DNA of 64,000 nucleotides from Candidatus Latescibacterota bacterium (GCA_964291625.2 OZ220089.1:2080001-2144000); one strand, 5' to 3'; counted from the first letter of the stretch, positions 37,426 through 47,690 are shown. The notes: a model not told the origin generated them from the sequence alone. Made by a program: numbers and translations.

Positions 37426-38700
37426 TCACGAGGGCTTCAGGCACCCGTAGAACACCGCGTTGCTGTGGCCGCCGAAGGGACCGGTCCAGTATGCGTCGAT
37501 GACCCCGGCGGGGGTGCCGCCGGCGCGGGTCGAGCTGAGGAACAGGTGCCACAGAGGCCCGATGCCCTCGAGCTCCACCGGCTCGCTGATGCGCCCCCAG
37601 TCGCCGGGCTCGCCGCTGGCGTACCACACCGACTCGGCGGCCGAGCGGCGGCCTCGGGTCAGGAGGTAGTGGACGCGTCCGTCCGGGGTCTGGTAGAGGC
37701 GGCCGCTGTTGAAGGCGCCCAGGCACCAGGCCCGGAAGGGGCCGCCGGGTGGCCCGACGGCGTGGTAGAGGCGCGAGCGGGCCGGGTCCTGGTCGGTGGC
37801 GGCCCACACGCTGCGGGCCGGCTGGCGGTTCTCGTAGTAGACGAGGTGGACCAGGCCCTCGTCGTCGGCGAACAGGTCCTGGTGGTCCGTGGTACCGCGC
37901 GCCCCGGAGTCCTCGTCGAAGGTGTCGCTCACGTCGCTCACCAGCGTGCACCGCCAGTCTTCGGGAGAGCGGAGCAGATCCGGGTTGTAGTAGTACCACG
38001 CCTTCAGGACCGGGTAGATGCCCCTGGGCGTGCGTTGCGTGCGGGTGCCGCCCGTGTCCGGGTCGGGGAGGGTGATGGACTGGTCGGGATACCGGTCCCC
38101 CGCGACGAAGTAGTCGTCGGAGCAGAAGGTGTGGGCGGCGCCGTCCCGGAAGAGGACGAACTGGTATCCGCGGGCCGTGTCGTGGCCGATCTCGCCCTCG
38201 GCGGCGGGGGTGAAGTCGTCCGACCCATCGAGGACGTACCAGGCCAGGCGCGGCAGGCCCCCGGCCACCAGCACGCGGTCGCGGCCGTCGATGGCGGCGC
38301 CGAAGCGGGAGTCGGCCCTGACCCGGCGGCGCAGCTCCCAGCGGTCGAGGCGGCCCGGCCCGTCGAAGCGCACGTGCCAGCTGGCGCAGTCGCCGCCGAT
38401 GACGTGCAGCCGTCCGGTGGAGTCGACCAGGAGGTTGCCGTTCTGCGGCACCGGCGGCAGCACCGGTCCCGCCTCCCAGTCCCCCGCGGACAGCCGCCGG
38501 AAGACGCAAAGGGTGAGGTCGTCGCGCCAGCTGAGGGCGTAGAGATCGTCGCCGGAGCGAACGAGGTTGGACTGGTTGTAGCCCCAGCCGCTGGCGCCGC
38601 TGCCCCCGGAGAGCCGGTGTCCGGCGGTGTCCGTCACGGCCTCGACGCGCCACTCGAAACGCGCCGGGGCGCCGAGGCGCACCTCCGGGCGGTCAGCCAT
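37426..38700 (-). CDS. Hypothetical protein, probable beta-propeller (BNR-like)
   Basis: Long ORF with genomic codon bias; repeated D..G.(L/V)H(L/V) strands. Confidence 0.55.
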   Translation of the reverse strand: MADRPEVRLGAPARFEWRVEAVTDTAGHRLSGGSGASGWGYNQSNLVRSGDDLYALSWRDDLTLCVFRRLSAGDWEAGPVLPPVPQNGNLLVDSTGRLHVIGGDCASWHVRFDGPGRLDRWELRRRVRADSRFGAAIDGRDRVLVAGGLPRLAWYVLDGSDDFTPAAEGEIGHDTARGYQFVLFRDGAAHTFCSDDYFVAGDRYPDQSITLPDPDTGGTRTQRTPRGIYPVLKAWYYYNPDLLRSPEDWRCTLVSDVSDTFDEDSGARGTTDHQDLFADDEGLVHLVYYENRQPARSVWAATDQDPARSRLYHAVGPPGGPFRAWCLGAFNSGRLYQTPDGRVHYLLTRGRRSAAESVWYASGEPGDWGRISEPVELEGIGPLWHLFLSSTRAGGTPAGVIDAYWTGPFGGHSNAVFYGCLKPS

Positions 38701-38703
38701 CCC

Positions 38704-39363
38704 CTAGCTGTATGGAGGCATGTGCATGGCCAGGGCCAGGGAGACCTCGATGTCGGAGATCGCCTGCGCCATGGCCCGGCTGATCAGGTCGAGGCGGCGC
38801 ACCTCGTCGATGCGGGGGGCGATGTGCTCCACCTCGCGGGCGGACAGGATCTGCTCGAAGAGGTTGCAGGCGTGGGCCAGGCCGATGATCACCACGTCCC
38901 GCGGAGTGGGGATCTCGTCGCTGAAGAGGATCTCCATGATCCGCAGCTTGACCTCCCGCTCCACCCGGTCGTCGATGACCGGGTAGCGCCGCGACCGGAA
39001 GACCCACAGGAAGCGGTCCTCCTGGCGCTGCAGGATCCCCCGTTCCACCAGGCGATCGAGGGCCGCCTCGCGGATGGCGTCGGAGCTGCGCAGGGCGGTG
39101 CGCTCCACCCAGAAGCGGGCGTCGTGGGTCTCCTCCGCCGCGGCGATGTCGGCCAGGGTGGGGTCGAGGAGATCGTCGCCCAGGGGGGTCGAATCGACGA
39201 GCATCAGTTGCTTGAGATCCGTGTCGATACGGTTCTCCAGGGCCAGGTCCATCAGCACACCGCCGGCGAGGGCGTAGCGCAGCTGGCGGTCGGGCACCCT
39301 GGCGAACTTCCCGTCCTCGTCGTCGAGGATGAGAAGCATGAGCTCTTCCGGGAATCTCAGCAT
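38704..39363 (-). CDS. GPP34 / GOLPH3-family protein
   Basis: EELMLLILDD..G, LAGGVLMDLAL..RI, GDDLLD..L, LVERGIL...FLWVF...RYP. Confidence 0.8.
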   Translation of the reverse strand: MLRFPEELMLLILDDEDGKFARVPDRQLRYALAGGVLMDLALENRIDTDLKQLMLVDSTPLGDDLLDPTLADIAAAEETHDARFWVERTALRSSDAIREAALDRLVERGILQRQEDRFLWVFRSRRYPVIDDRVEREVKLRIMEILFSDEIPTPRDVVIIGLAHACNLFEQILSAREVEHIAPRIDEVRRLDLISRAMAQAISDIEVSLALAMHMPPYS

Positions 39364-39486
39364 GGAAGTCCCCGCCTGTTCTTGAGGTTAGATTCCGAGC
39401 GCTTCCCGCTCCTGGGACATCGCCAAAGGTGGCGCACCTGCCGGGCAACGGCAAGCGGCCGACACGACACTCGCGAGGGATGAGAC

Positions 39487-40310
39487 ATGCCATTCTCCTA
39501 CTGCCTGAACACCAGCACCATCCGCACCGAGGGCTCCTCCATCGTGGACGCCATCGACACCGCCGCCGACGCCGGCTGGGACGGCATCGAGCCCTGGGTT
39601 CAGGAGCTGGACGACTGGGTCGCCGGCGGCGGCACCCTGCAGCAGGTCCGCGAGCGGGCGGAGGAGCGGGACCTGGCCATGGTCAACCTCATCGGCTTCC
39701 CGGAGTGGGCGGTGCCCGAGGACGATCGCCGGGTTCGGGGCCTGGAGGAGGCGGTCCGCTGCTTCGAGATCGCCCGCGAGCTGGGCTGCCCCCACGTGGC
39801 CGCCCCGCCCTCCGGGATCCACGACCGCCGGGTGGAGCTGCGCCCGGTGGCCGAGCGCTACGCGGCCCTGGTGGACCTGGCCTCCGAGTCGGGAGTGACG
39901 CCGCTCCTGGAGTTCTGGGGGATCGCGCGGACCCTGGGGACCGCGGGGAGATGCTGCTGGTGGCGGCGGAGTGCGGGCGTCCGGAGGTGCTGATGCTGGC
40001 CGATGTCTACCACATGTACAAGGGCAGCGGCCATCACTTCGGGTTCGAGCACTTCGGCAGGGGCCGCCTGGGCCTGGTGCACGTGAACGACTACCCGGCC
40101 ACGCCCGGCCGTTCCGAGGCGACCGATGCCGACCGCGTCTATCCAGGGGACGGGCTGGCGCCGTGGCCGCGGATCACGGCCATGCTCGAGGCCATCGGCT
40201 ACGACGGCATGCTGTCGCTCGAGCTCTTCAACGAGAGCTACCGCGCCCGGGGTCCCGAGGCCGTGGCCCGCGAGGGTCTGGAGAAGCTGAAGCGCTGTGT
40301 AGAGGGGTAG
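39487..40310 (+). CDS. Sugar phosphate isomerase/epimerase (xylose isomerase-like TIM barrel); 1-bp deletion in G-run 39945-39948
   Basis: LNTSTI, GWDGIEPW, LEFWG, DVYH, HVND, RVYPGDG, SLELFN across two frames. Confidence 0.8.
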
Positions 40311-40438
40311 GCCGGCCTGGAGGCGGCCGAACGGAGGAACCGGCGCGCGGAGCCCGCCGTGATATGTGGAAAATACGCCGCTGGAGTCCTCCCGTCAAAT
40401 ATTCAATTCTGCGTAACTTCAGTACTTACAGATAGTTA

Positions 40439-40467
40439 TTGACATAATCCAACGGCGGTCTGTTCTT
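40439..40467 (+). promoter_or_regulatory. Candidate sigma70 promoter in AT-rich intergenic patch
   Basis: TTGACA at 40439-40444 in AT-rich 40360-40470; -10 weak (TGTTCT/GTTCTT). Confidence 0.35.
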
Positions 40468-40496
40468 CCCTGCACCCCCCGAAGGAGGTGCCTGGA

Positions 40497-41270
40497 ATGG
40501 CCGACGGCCGTGATTCCTCTTCCGCCGAAGAAGTCCGCGTCGAAGGATCGATCGTCCGCTCCGGGAAGTGGTCCGGAAACCTGGCCGAGCTGGCGGACGA
40601 CAGCCGGCGGCTTCACCGGCTGCTGTCCGAGGAGCGGGTCGACGAGGCCCGCGCCCTCCTGCGCTCCCGGTCCGCCGAGGAGCAGGCGGCCCTCGTCGCC
40701 ATCGACGCCGACCCCGAGCAGGTCCTGGCCCTGACCGCCTCCGCCGGGCGGGGCCTGCCCGCCTACAGCCGCGAGGTGGTCGACCGCCTGCCCTCCGAGC
40801 TGCTGGCCCGGCTCGCCGCTCCCGGCACCCGGCACAGCCGCTACAACCCGGCGGTCCTGCGGGCCATGTCGCCGCGGGTCTTCGACCGCACCGTCCGCGA
40901 CGTGCTCGATCCGATCGACAACCCCGACCTGCGCACGAGCGTCGCCTGGGAGTGGCTCGAGGCCGTGGCCGCCCTCCACGACCCCAACCAGGCGGCGGCG
41001 CTGCTGCGCGCCGTCGACCCCGCGGCCCTGGAGGAGGCGGTCATGGACCGGCTGACCGACTTGAATCTGGGGCAGGTCGTGGGCGGTACCGAGGTCGCCT
41101 CCGTCAGCCTCTTCCAGACCATGACCGAGGGATTCGCCTGGACCCGCCCCTCCGACTACGTCGCCGACGCGGCCACCGCGGAGGTCCTCGACGCCCTCTG
41201 GGAGGCGGCGCCGGAGCTGCTGGCCTCGACCGTCGTCAACGCCACCCGCCGCCTCCACGGCACCGGATGA
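40497..41270 (+). CDS. Hypothetical alpha-helical protein
   Basis: GGAGG SD, ATG 40497; normal codon bias. Confidence 0.6.
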   Translation: MADGRDSSSAEEVRVEGSIVRSGKWSGNLAELADDSRRLHRLLSEERVDEARALLRSRSAEEQAALVAIDADPEQVLALTASAGRGLPAYSREVVDRLPSELLARLAAPGTRHSRYNPAVLRAMSPRVFDRTVRDVLDPIDNPDLRTSVAWEWLEAVAALHDPNQAAALLRAVDPAALEEAVMDRLTDLNLGQVVGGTEVASVSLFQTMTEGFAWTRPSDYVADAATAEVLDALWEAAPELLASTVVNATRRLHGTG

Positions 41271-42214
41271 CCGGTCTCGCGCACCCCGATCTCAACCGCA
41301 TCGCCGCCGGCACGGACCGCTTCCTCGGCAGGGTGCTGGTCATCGGCCGGGACCACCACCGCCTGCCCCGCGGACTCGAGGACGGACTGATGGCCTTCCT
41401 CCGCCTCCACGCCACGAACCATGCCCGGCGCTACCGCACCGGCATCGCCATCGACCGGGACTCCCTCGAGGCCGGGGTGCGCCAGGGCTTCACCTGCGTG
41501 GAAGTGGCGCTGCAGGCCGCCGCCGCGGACGACGTGGAGCGGGCGATCGAGCTGCTCGCAGCCGCCGACCTGGAGGACCTCCGCCGGCAGGGGTGGGAGC
41601 GGGCCTGGAACACCCTCGACGAGATGCGCCGGGAATCGGCCACACACCTGGGCAGCCCCTGGTCGGCGCTGCTGGAGGAGTGGATTCCCGAGCTGGAACG
41701 CTGGACGACGCTGGTCCCGGAGTCCTGGACCGCCGCGGGAACGGGCGGCGCTCCCGAGCCCGTGGACCCGCCGGCGGAGTTCGCCCGCTACCTGCACGTG
41801 TCGGAGCGGGCCCGGTTCCTCGACAGCCTGCCGGACGACGCCCTGCGGCCCCTGTTGCGGAAGTGGCACCCCCCGGCCGACTTCCCGCTGCTGCTGCGGC
41901 ACCTGGTGGCGGCCCTGGCCCTGGATCGCCTGCGCCTGCCGGTGGCCCGCGCCGGCATCGAGCGCTTCGCGGCCGCCTGCTTCGAGGGTCCACACATGGA
42001 GCCCGAGACGCGGGCGAAGGTGCTGCAGCAGTTGGAGACCCATCTCGAAGCCCGGCCGCCCGATGCCGACCCGAAGGGGCCGACCCTGCCTCACCCCCGG
42101 GGGCGGGTCACGCTGCTGCAGGAGACGGCGGAGCAGATCGAGCTGCTGGAGAGGGCCGACGCGTCCGGGCGGATCGGTCTGCTGCAACTGCCGGGCCCCG
42201 GCCGCCGGCACTGA
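41267..42214 (+). CDS. Hypothetical alpha-helical protein, translationally coupled to upstream gene
   Basis: ATGA overlap at 41267-41270; normal codon bias. Confidence 0.6.
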   Translation: MTGLAHPDLNRIAAGTDRFLGRVLVIGRDHHRLPRGLEDGLMAFLRLHATNHARRYRTGIAIDRDSLEAGVRQGFTCVEVALQAAAADDVERAIELLAAADLEDLRRQGWERAWNTLDEMRRESATHLGSPWSALLEEWIPELERWTTLVPESWTAAGTGGAPEPVDPPAEFARYLHVSERARFLDSLPDDALRPLLRKWHPPADFPLLLRHLVAALALDRLRLPVARAGIERFAAACFEGPHMEPETRAKVLQQLETHLEARPPDADPKGPTLPHPRGRVTLLQETAEQIELLERADASGRIGLLQLPGPGRRH

Positions 42215-42289
42215 GACGGCTCAGGAGCGGCTCGGCGCAGATTTCGAGCCGCTGGAGAGGGCCGCGTCCCCGGGCGGATCGGTCTGCTG
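42122..42289 (+). repeat. Degenerate direct duplication of the 3' end of the preceding gene
   Basis: GAGACGGC..GCAGAT..CGAGC.GCTGGAGAGGGCCG..CGTCC.GGGCGGATCGGTCTGCTG at 42122-42184 and 42213-42289. Confidence 0.7.
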
Positions 42290-42329
42290 ACTCCGCCGGG
42301 CTCCGCGCGCCGCCGGTGAGCCCCGGGCC

Positions 42330-44030
42330 TCACCCGCGCAGGCGCCGGGTCTCCTCCTCGTCCAGGGACCAGCCCTCGATGTCCAGGGCCACGCCGTACT
42401 CCCGCCGGGCCGCCTCCACCGAGACCCGGCCCTGGCGCACGTCCTCCAGGACGGCCCGCGGATCCCGCTCGAAGGGTGAGCCGTAGCCGCCGCCGCCCGG
42501 CAGCCGCAGGGTCACCTGCTGCCCGGGCTGGAGCAGGTACTTCCGCTTCGGGTGCAGGTGAGTGCCGTCGGAGAGCACCATCTGGCCCACGGCCCCGTCC
42601 CGGCCGCCGGCGAAGCCCCGGGCGGCGCACCGGGTGCGGTCGTACATCGGCGAGTGCAGGGCCGGCTCGTCGCTGTCGACGGCGAGCACCATCTCCTGCC
42701 CGAGGCCGCCGCGGAAGCGGCCGGCCCCGCCCGAGTCGGGGCGCAGGGCCCGCCTGAGCATGAGCGTCGGCGAGACCGACTCGATCGCCTCCGCCGGCAC
42801 CCCGCGGATGCCGCTCGGGAAGGCCGTGGCCGAGAGACCGTCGGAGGTCGGGCGGGCGCCCATGCCGCCGGCGGAGAAGAAGATGTAGGCGAAGAGCCGG
42901 CCGTCGGGGCCGCGGCCCTCCAGCTGCGTGTTCCACAGGCCGGCGGAGCCGTCGGCGGTGACGCGGCCGGGAACCACCTGCGACAGGGCGCCGAAGACCG
43001 CCTGGGAGAGGAAGTGGCCGATGAGGTGGCGGGCCCCGACGGCGCAGGGACGGCGGGCGTTGAGGATCGAGCCCTCGGGGGCGGTCACCGTCACCGGTCG
43101 GAAGCTGCCCTCGTTGTTGGGCACGTGAGGGCTGATGGCGCAGGCCAGGGGGTAGGTGGTGTAGGCATGGGTGTAGTTGTAGACGACGTTGATGCCGCGG
43201 TCGACCTGGGGAGAGGTGCCGGCGTAGTCGACGAGCAGCCGCCGGCCCTCCACGGTCAGGGCGATGCGGATCGCGAGGGGTTCGTCGAAGCCGTCGATCT
43301 CCACTTCGTCCTCCCAGGTGCCGTCGGCTACCGCCTCGATGGCGTCGCCCGTGGCCTGCTCCGAGCGGCCCCGGATCTGCTCCCCGAGGTCCTCCACGTC
43401 TTCGAGGCCGTACTCCTCCATCATGTCCGCCAGCTTGGCGGCGCCCACGTCGTTGCCCGCCTGCTGGGCGTAGAGGTCGCCCACCACCGCGTCCGGCTCG
43501 CGCACGTTGGCCCGCACGATGCGCACCAGGTCCTCGTTGATCCGCCCCTTGCGGAAGAGCTTCATGATCGGGATCGCCAGGCCTTCCTCGAAGACCTCGC
43601 GGGCGTCGGCGCCGAGGGTGCGGCCACCGATGTCCATGGCGTGACAGGTGTTGGCGAACCAGCCGATCCCGCGTCCGCCGTGGAAGACGGGGGTGACCAC
43701 GGTGATGTCGTGGAGGTGGCCCGAGACCATCCAGGGGTCGTTGGTCAGGAGGCTGTCCCCCGGCTCCAGGGAATCGATCGGATGGGCCCGGACGAAGTGC
43801 CGCACGCCGGTGGCCATGGTGTTGATGTGCCCCGGCGTGCCGGTCACCGCCTGGGCGAGCATGTTCCCCCCACGGTCGAAGATCCCGGCCGACAGGTCCC
43901 CGGCCTCGCGGACCACGGTGGTGAAGGAGGCGTGCATCAGCGCCGCCGCCTGCTCGTTGACGATCGAGATCAGCCGGTTCCACAGGACCTCGAGCAGCAC
44001 GGGATCCATGCCCCGCCGGGAATCGTTCAT
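42330..44030 (-). CDS. Hydantoinase B / oxoprolinase family subunit
   Basis: DPVLLEVLWNRL, REAGDLS, NDPW..GHLHD, H..DIGG, EEGL.IP, PDSGGAGRFRGG, PGGGGYG.P.ER. Confidence 0.92.
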   Translation of the reverse strand: MNDSRRGMDPVLLEVLWNRLISIVNEQAAALMHASFTTVVREAGDLSAGIFDRGGNMLAQAVTGTPGHINTMATGVRHFVRAHPIDSLEPGDSLLTNDPWMVSGHLHDITVVTPVFHGGRGIGWFANTCHAMDIGGRTLGADAREVFEEGLAIPIMKLFRKGRINEDLVRIVRANVREPDAVVGDLYAQQAGNDVGAAKLADMMEEYGLEDVEDLGEQIRGRSEQATGDAIEAVADGTWEDEVEIDGFDEPLAIRIALTVEGRRLLVDYAGTSPQVDRGINVVYNYTHAYTTYPLACAISPHVPNNEGSFRPVTVTAPEGSILNARRPCAVGARHLIGHFLSQAVFGALSQVVPGRVTADGSAGLWNTQLEGRGPDGRLFAYIFFSAGGMGARPTSDGLSATAFPSGIRGVPAEAIESVSPTLMLRRALRPDSGGAGRFRGGLGQEMVLAVDSDEPALHSPMYDRTRCAARGFAGGRDGAVGQMVLSDGTHLHPKRKYLLQPGQQVTLRLPGGGGYGSPFERDPRAVLEDVRQGRVSVEAARREYGVALDIEGWSLDEEETRRLRG

Positions 44031-46132
44031 CCCGCCTCTCTCCTGACGATGAGGTTGCCGGCGTCATCGACCTCCAGCCCCCAGCCGGGAGGGACCACCG
44101 TGGTCGACTCGGCCTCCTCCACGATCGCCGGACCGGAGGCGCGGAAACCGGCGCCAAGGGCGTAGCGGTCGAGGACGGGTGTCTCCCCCTCCTTTCCCGG
44201 CCTCTCGAACCGCACCGGCCGCGAGGGCTTCTGCGCCGACCGGGTGCCGCCGGGCCGGTCCTGGTGCAGCCGGCCAAGGGACGGGCGGGGTCCCGAGACC
44301 GTGGTGCGCCAGTGCATGCACTGCACGTCCACCCCCTCGCAGGTGCGCCCGTAGAGCCGGGTGTACTCGCGGTCGAAGTCGGCCTGCAGCCGCTCCAGGG
44401 CGGGCCCGTCGAGCTGGCCGCCGGAGACGGGCACGCGGATCTCGTGACCCTGGCCCACGTAGCGCAGGTCCGCCGTCCGTTCCACCCGCACCTGCGCCGG
44501 GGCGACCCCGGCCTCGCCCACGATCCGGCGGCCTTCGCCTTCCATCTCCTCGAAGAGCCCGCGCAGCCGGGCGAGATCGACCTCTCCGAGGCGGGTCACG
44601 TAGCTGCGCGCGAAGTCGAAGCTGATGGGGGCCAGCAGCAGGCCCACGGCGGACCCGACCCCGGCGGCGCCGGGCACGATCACGGTGCCGATGCCGAGGC
44701 GTTCCGCCACCCCGCAGGCGTGCACCGGGCCGGCGCCGCCCGTGGCCACCATGGCGAATCCGCGCAGGTCGATGCCGCGCTCGGCGGCGTGGACGCGCGC
44801 GGCGTTGGCCATGTTCTCGTTGACCAGCTGATGGATGCCCCGTGCCGCGGCCACGAGCTCCTGGTCCAGGCGCCGCGCCAGCGACTGCACCGCGGCCTCG
44901 GCGGCGGAAGGGTCCAGCTCCATCTGCCCTCCCAGGAAGAACGCCGGGTTCAGCAGACCGAGGACGAGGTCGGCGTCGGTCACCGTCGGCTCGCGGCCCC
45001 CCCGGCCGTAGCAGGCCGGACCGGGCTCGGAGCCGGCGCTCTCGGGCCCCACCTGGGGCAGGCCCAGCTCGTTGATGCGCGCCAGGCTGCCGCCGCCGGC
45101 GCCGATCTCGATCATGTCGAGGACGGGCACCAGCAGCGGCAGGCCGCTGCCCTTCTTGAAGCGGTAGACGCGGGCCACCTCCGACTCGGTGGTCACCGGC
45201 AGCTCGCCGTCCTGGCTCAGGCAGGCCTTGGCCGTGGTGCCGCCCATGTCGAAGGCCAGCACCCGCTCGAAGCCCGACCGGCGGCCGGCGTCGATCGCCG
45301 CCAGCACGCCGCCGCTGGGGCCCGACTCCACGAGGCGCACGGGGAACCTCGCCGCCGTCTCGGCGGCGCAGGTGCCGCCGTTGGAGAGCATGATGTGCAG
45401 CGGCGCCTCGATCCCGCAGTCGGCCCGGAAGCCCTGCTCCAGGTTGGCCAGATAGCCCGAGGCCATGGGCTGCACGTAGGCGTTGGCCACTGCCGTCGAG
45501 GTGCGCTCGTACTCCCGGACCTCCGGCGCCACTTCGTGGGACAGGGAGAGGGCGGCCCCGGGCAGCTCTTCGCGCACGATCGCCGCGGCCCGGCGCTCGT
45601 GCGCCGAGTTGGCGTAGCAGTGCAGGAAGGCCACCGCCACCGCCTCGACGCCGGCTTCCCGGAGGACCGAGCAGGCGCGCCGCAGACCCTCCTCGTCGAG
45701 GGGCGCCATCACCTCGCCGCTGGACTTCAGGCGCCCGGCCACCTCCAGCCGAAGGCGGCGCTCCGCGAGGGGCTCGGGCAGCTCCAGGAAGAGGTCGTAG
45801 ATGTCATAGCGGCCCTCGCGGCCGATCTCGAGAACGTCCCGGAACCCCTCGGTGGTGATCAGCCCGGTGAGCGCCCCCTTGCGCTCGATGAGGGCGTTGG
45901 TGATCAGCGTCGTGCCGTGGATCAGCCGGCCGACCCCTGCCGGCTCCCCGCCGGAGGCCAGCAGCTGGCGGACCCCGTCCAGCACGCCCTCGGACGGGTC
46001 CGGGTCGGTGGTCAACACCTTGGCTATCTCCATGCGGCCCGTGGGGCCGTGGCAGATCACGAGGTCGGTGAAGGTCCCGCCGATGTCGACGGAGAGGATG
46101 GTCCCGCCCGCCGTCTCAGGCGCGCTGTTCAA
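44027..46132 (-). CDS. Hydantoinase A / oxoprolinase family subunit
   Basis: TTG start with GGAG SD; VDIGGTFTD, HGTT..TNA, ESGP, DMGGTT, IGAGGGS, GPACYG.GG. Confidence 0.92.
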   Translation of the reverse strand: MNSAPETAGGTILSVDIGGTFTDLVICHGPTGRMEIAKVLTTDPDPSEGVLDGVRQLLASGGEPAGVGRLIHGTTLITNALIERKGALTGLITTEGFRDVLEIGREGRYDIYDLFLELPEPLAERRLRLEVAGRLKSSGEVMAPLDEEGLRRACSVLREAGVEAVAVAFLHCYANSAHERRAAAIVREELPGAALSLSHEVAPEVREYERTSTAVANAYVQPMASGYLANLEQGFRADCGIEAPLHIMLSNGGTCAAETAARFPVRLVESGPSGGVLAAIDAGRRSGFERVLAFDMGGTTAKACLSQDGELPVTTESEVARVYRFKKGSGLPLLVPVLDMIEIGAGGGSLARINELGLPQVGPESAGSEPGPACYGRGGREPTVTDADLVLGLLNPAFFLGGQMELDPSAAEAAVQSLARRLDQELVAAARGIHQLVNENMANAARVHAAERGIDLRGFAMVATGGAGPVHACGVAERLGIGTVIVPGAAGVGSAVGLLLAPISFDFARSYVTRLGEVDLARLRGLFEEMEGEGRRIVGEAGVAPAQVRVERTADLRYVGQGHEIRVPVSGGQLDGPALERLQADFDREYTRLYGRTCEGVDVQCMHWRTTVSGPRPSLGRLHQDRPGGTRSAQKPSRPVRFERPGKEGETPVLDRYALGAGFRASGPAIVEEAESTTVVPPGWGLEVDDAGNLIVRREAG

Positions 46133-46204
46133 GTCGTTCTCCCATTGAGTCGGTCCGCCGGGGAAAATAGGGGCAGGCTGCCGTCCGCACCGCCCCGCCC
46201 CGGG

Positions 46205-46233
46205 TCGACCGGGTTCGGGCCCCCCCCTACAAT
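46205..46233 (+). promoter_or_regulatory. Candidate sigma70 promoter for glycosyltransferase gene
   Basis: TCGACC-N17-TACAAT, 38 nt upstream of ATG 46272. Confidence 0.4.
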
Positions 46234-46271
46234 AGGGGCCGCGCTTCGCGCCCCCCTGCAGATCTGGATCG

Positions 46272-47690
46272 ATGGACTTCGAGAAGCTCAGCATCCTCAT
46301 CCCCGCGTACAACGAGCGCTTCACGATCCGCGAGATCGTCTCGCTCGTGTTGGCCCAGGAGCTTCCGGGCGGCCTGGAGAGGGAGCTCGTCATCGTCGAC
46401 GACGGCTCCACCGACGGCACGCGGGACATCCTTCGGGAGCTCGGCCGGGCCCATCCGGAACGCCTCCGCATTCACTTCCACGAGACCAACCAGGGCAAGG
46501 GGGCGGCGATCCGCACCGCCATCGAGCTGGCCACGGGAGACGTGTGCATCATTCAGGATGCCGACCTGGAGTACGACCCCGCCGACTACCCCAGGCTCCT
46601 GCGGCCGCTCCTTGCCGGCGACGCCGACGTCGTCTATGGCTCGCGGTTCGCCGGCAGCGAGTATCGCAGGGTCCTGCTCTTCTGGCACTCCGTGGGAAAC
46701 CAGTTCCTGACCCTCGTGTCGAATGCCTTCACGAACCTCAATCTGACGGACATGGAGACGTGCTACAAGGTCGTCAAGACCAGCCTCCTCAAGTCCCTCC
46801 CCATCCGCAGCAACCGGTTCGGCATCGAGCCCGAGCTCACGGCCAAGCTCGCCAAGCGGGGCTGTCGGATCTACGAGGTCCCCATCTCCTACCGGGGCCG
46901 GAGCTACCAGGAAGGCAAGAAGATCACCTGGTGGGACGGCGTGAAGGCCTTCGCCACCATGGTCTACTACCGCATCGTCGACGACCTCTACGAGGAGCGC
47001 TACGGCCACACCCTTCTCCATTCGCTCTCCCGGACGCACCGGTTCAACCGCTGGATCGCCGACGCCATCCGCACCCACGTGGGTGACCGCGTCCTCGAGA
47101 TCGGGGGAGGGCTGGGCACCATCACGCTCCAGCTCATCCCCACGGACCGCTACGCCGTGACCGACTCGGACGAGCTGCACCTGGAGTACCTGGAAAACCG
47201 GTTCCGGGGCTATCCCAATGTCGAGGTGCGGCGTGTGGACGCGCAGGAGGAAGGGGATTTCGACCCGCTGCAGGAGAGCTTCGACACCGTGGTCTGCCTG
47301 AATGTCCTCGAGCACCTGGCCGAGCCGCAACGGGGTCTGGCCAACATCCACCGCGCCCTCGAGCCGGGAGGGACCGCCATCGTGCTGGTACCCCAGGGCC
47401 GGTTGCTCCTGGGGGCCCTCGACCGGGCCCTGGGTCACCGGCGGCGCTACTCGAAGAGGCTGCTGCGCGAGAGCTGTGAAGCGGCGGGACTCGAGGTGGA
47501 GAAGCTCTTCGACTTCAACCGGATCAGCTGCCTGCCGTGGCTCGTGAGCGGCAGGCTCCTGAGGAGGAGGAGACTCGGGCTGATTCAGCTCAAGATCTTC
47601 GACTCCCTGGTGTGGCTCTGGCGGATCCTCGACCGCGTCGTGCCGCTCCCGGGGCTCGCCCTCGTCGCCGTGGCCCGGAAGCCGAAGTGA
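46272..47690 (+). CDS. GT2 glycosyltransferase (DPM1-like) fused to class I SAM-dependent methyltransferase
   Basis: IPAYNE, VDDGSTDGT, NQGKGAA, QDADLEY, TDMETCYK; C-half VLEIGGGLG, FDTVVCLNVLEH. Confidence 0.88.
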   Translation: MDFEKLSILIPAYNERFTIREIVSLVLAQELPGGLERELVIVDDGSTDGTRDILRELGRAHPERLRIHFHETNQGKGAAIRTAIELATGDVCIIQDADLEYDPADYPRLLRPLLAGDADVVYGSRFAGSEYRRVLLFWHSVGNQFLTLVSNAFTNLNLTDMETCYKVVKTSLLKSLPIRSNRFGIEPELTAKLAKRGCRIYEVPISYRGRSYQEGKKITWWDGVKAFATMVYYRIVDDLYEERYGHTLLHSLSRTHRFNRWIADAIRTHVGDRVLEIGGGLGTITLQLIPTDRYAVTDSDELHLEYLENRFRGYPNVEVRRVDAQEEGDFDPLQESFDTVVCLNVLEHLAEPQRGLANIHRALEPGGTAIVLVPQGRLLLGALDRALGHRRRYSKRLLRESCEAAGLEVEKLFDFNRISCLPWLVSGRLLRRRRLGLIQLKIFDSLVWLWRILDRVVPLPGLALVAVARKPK

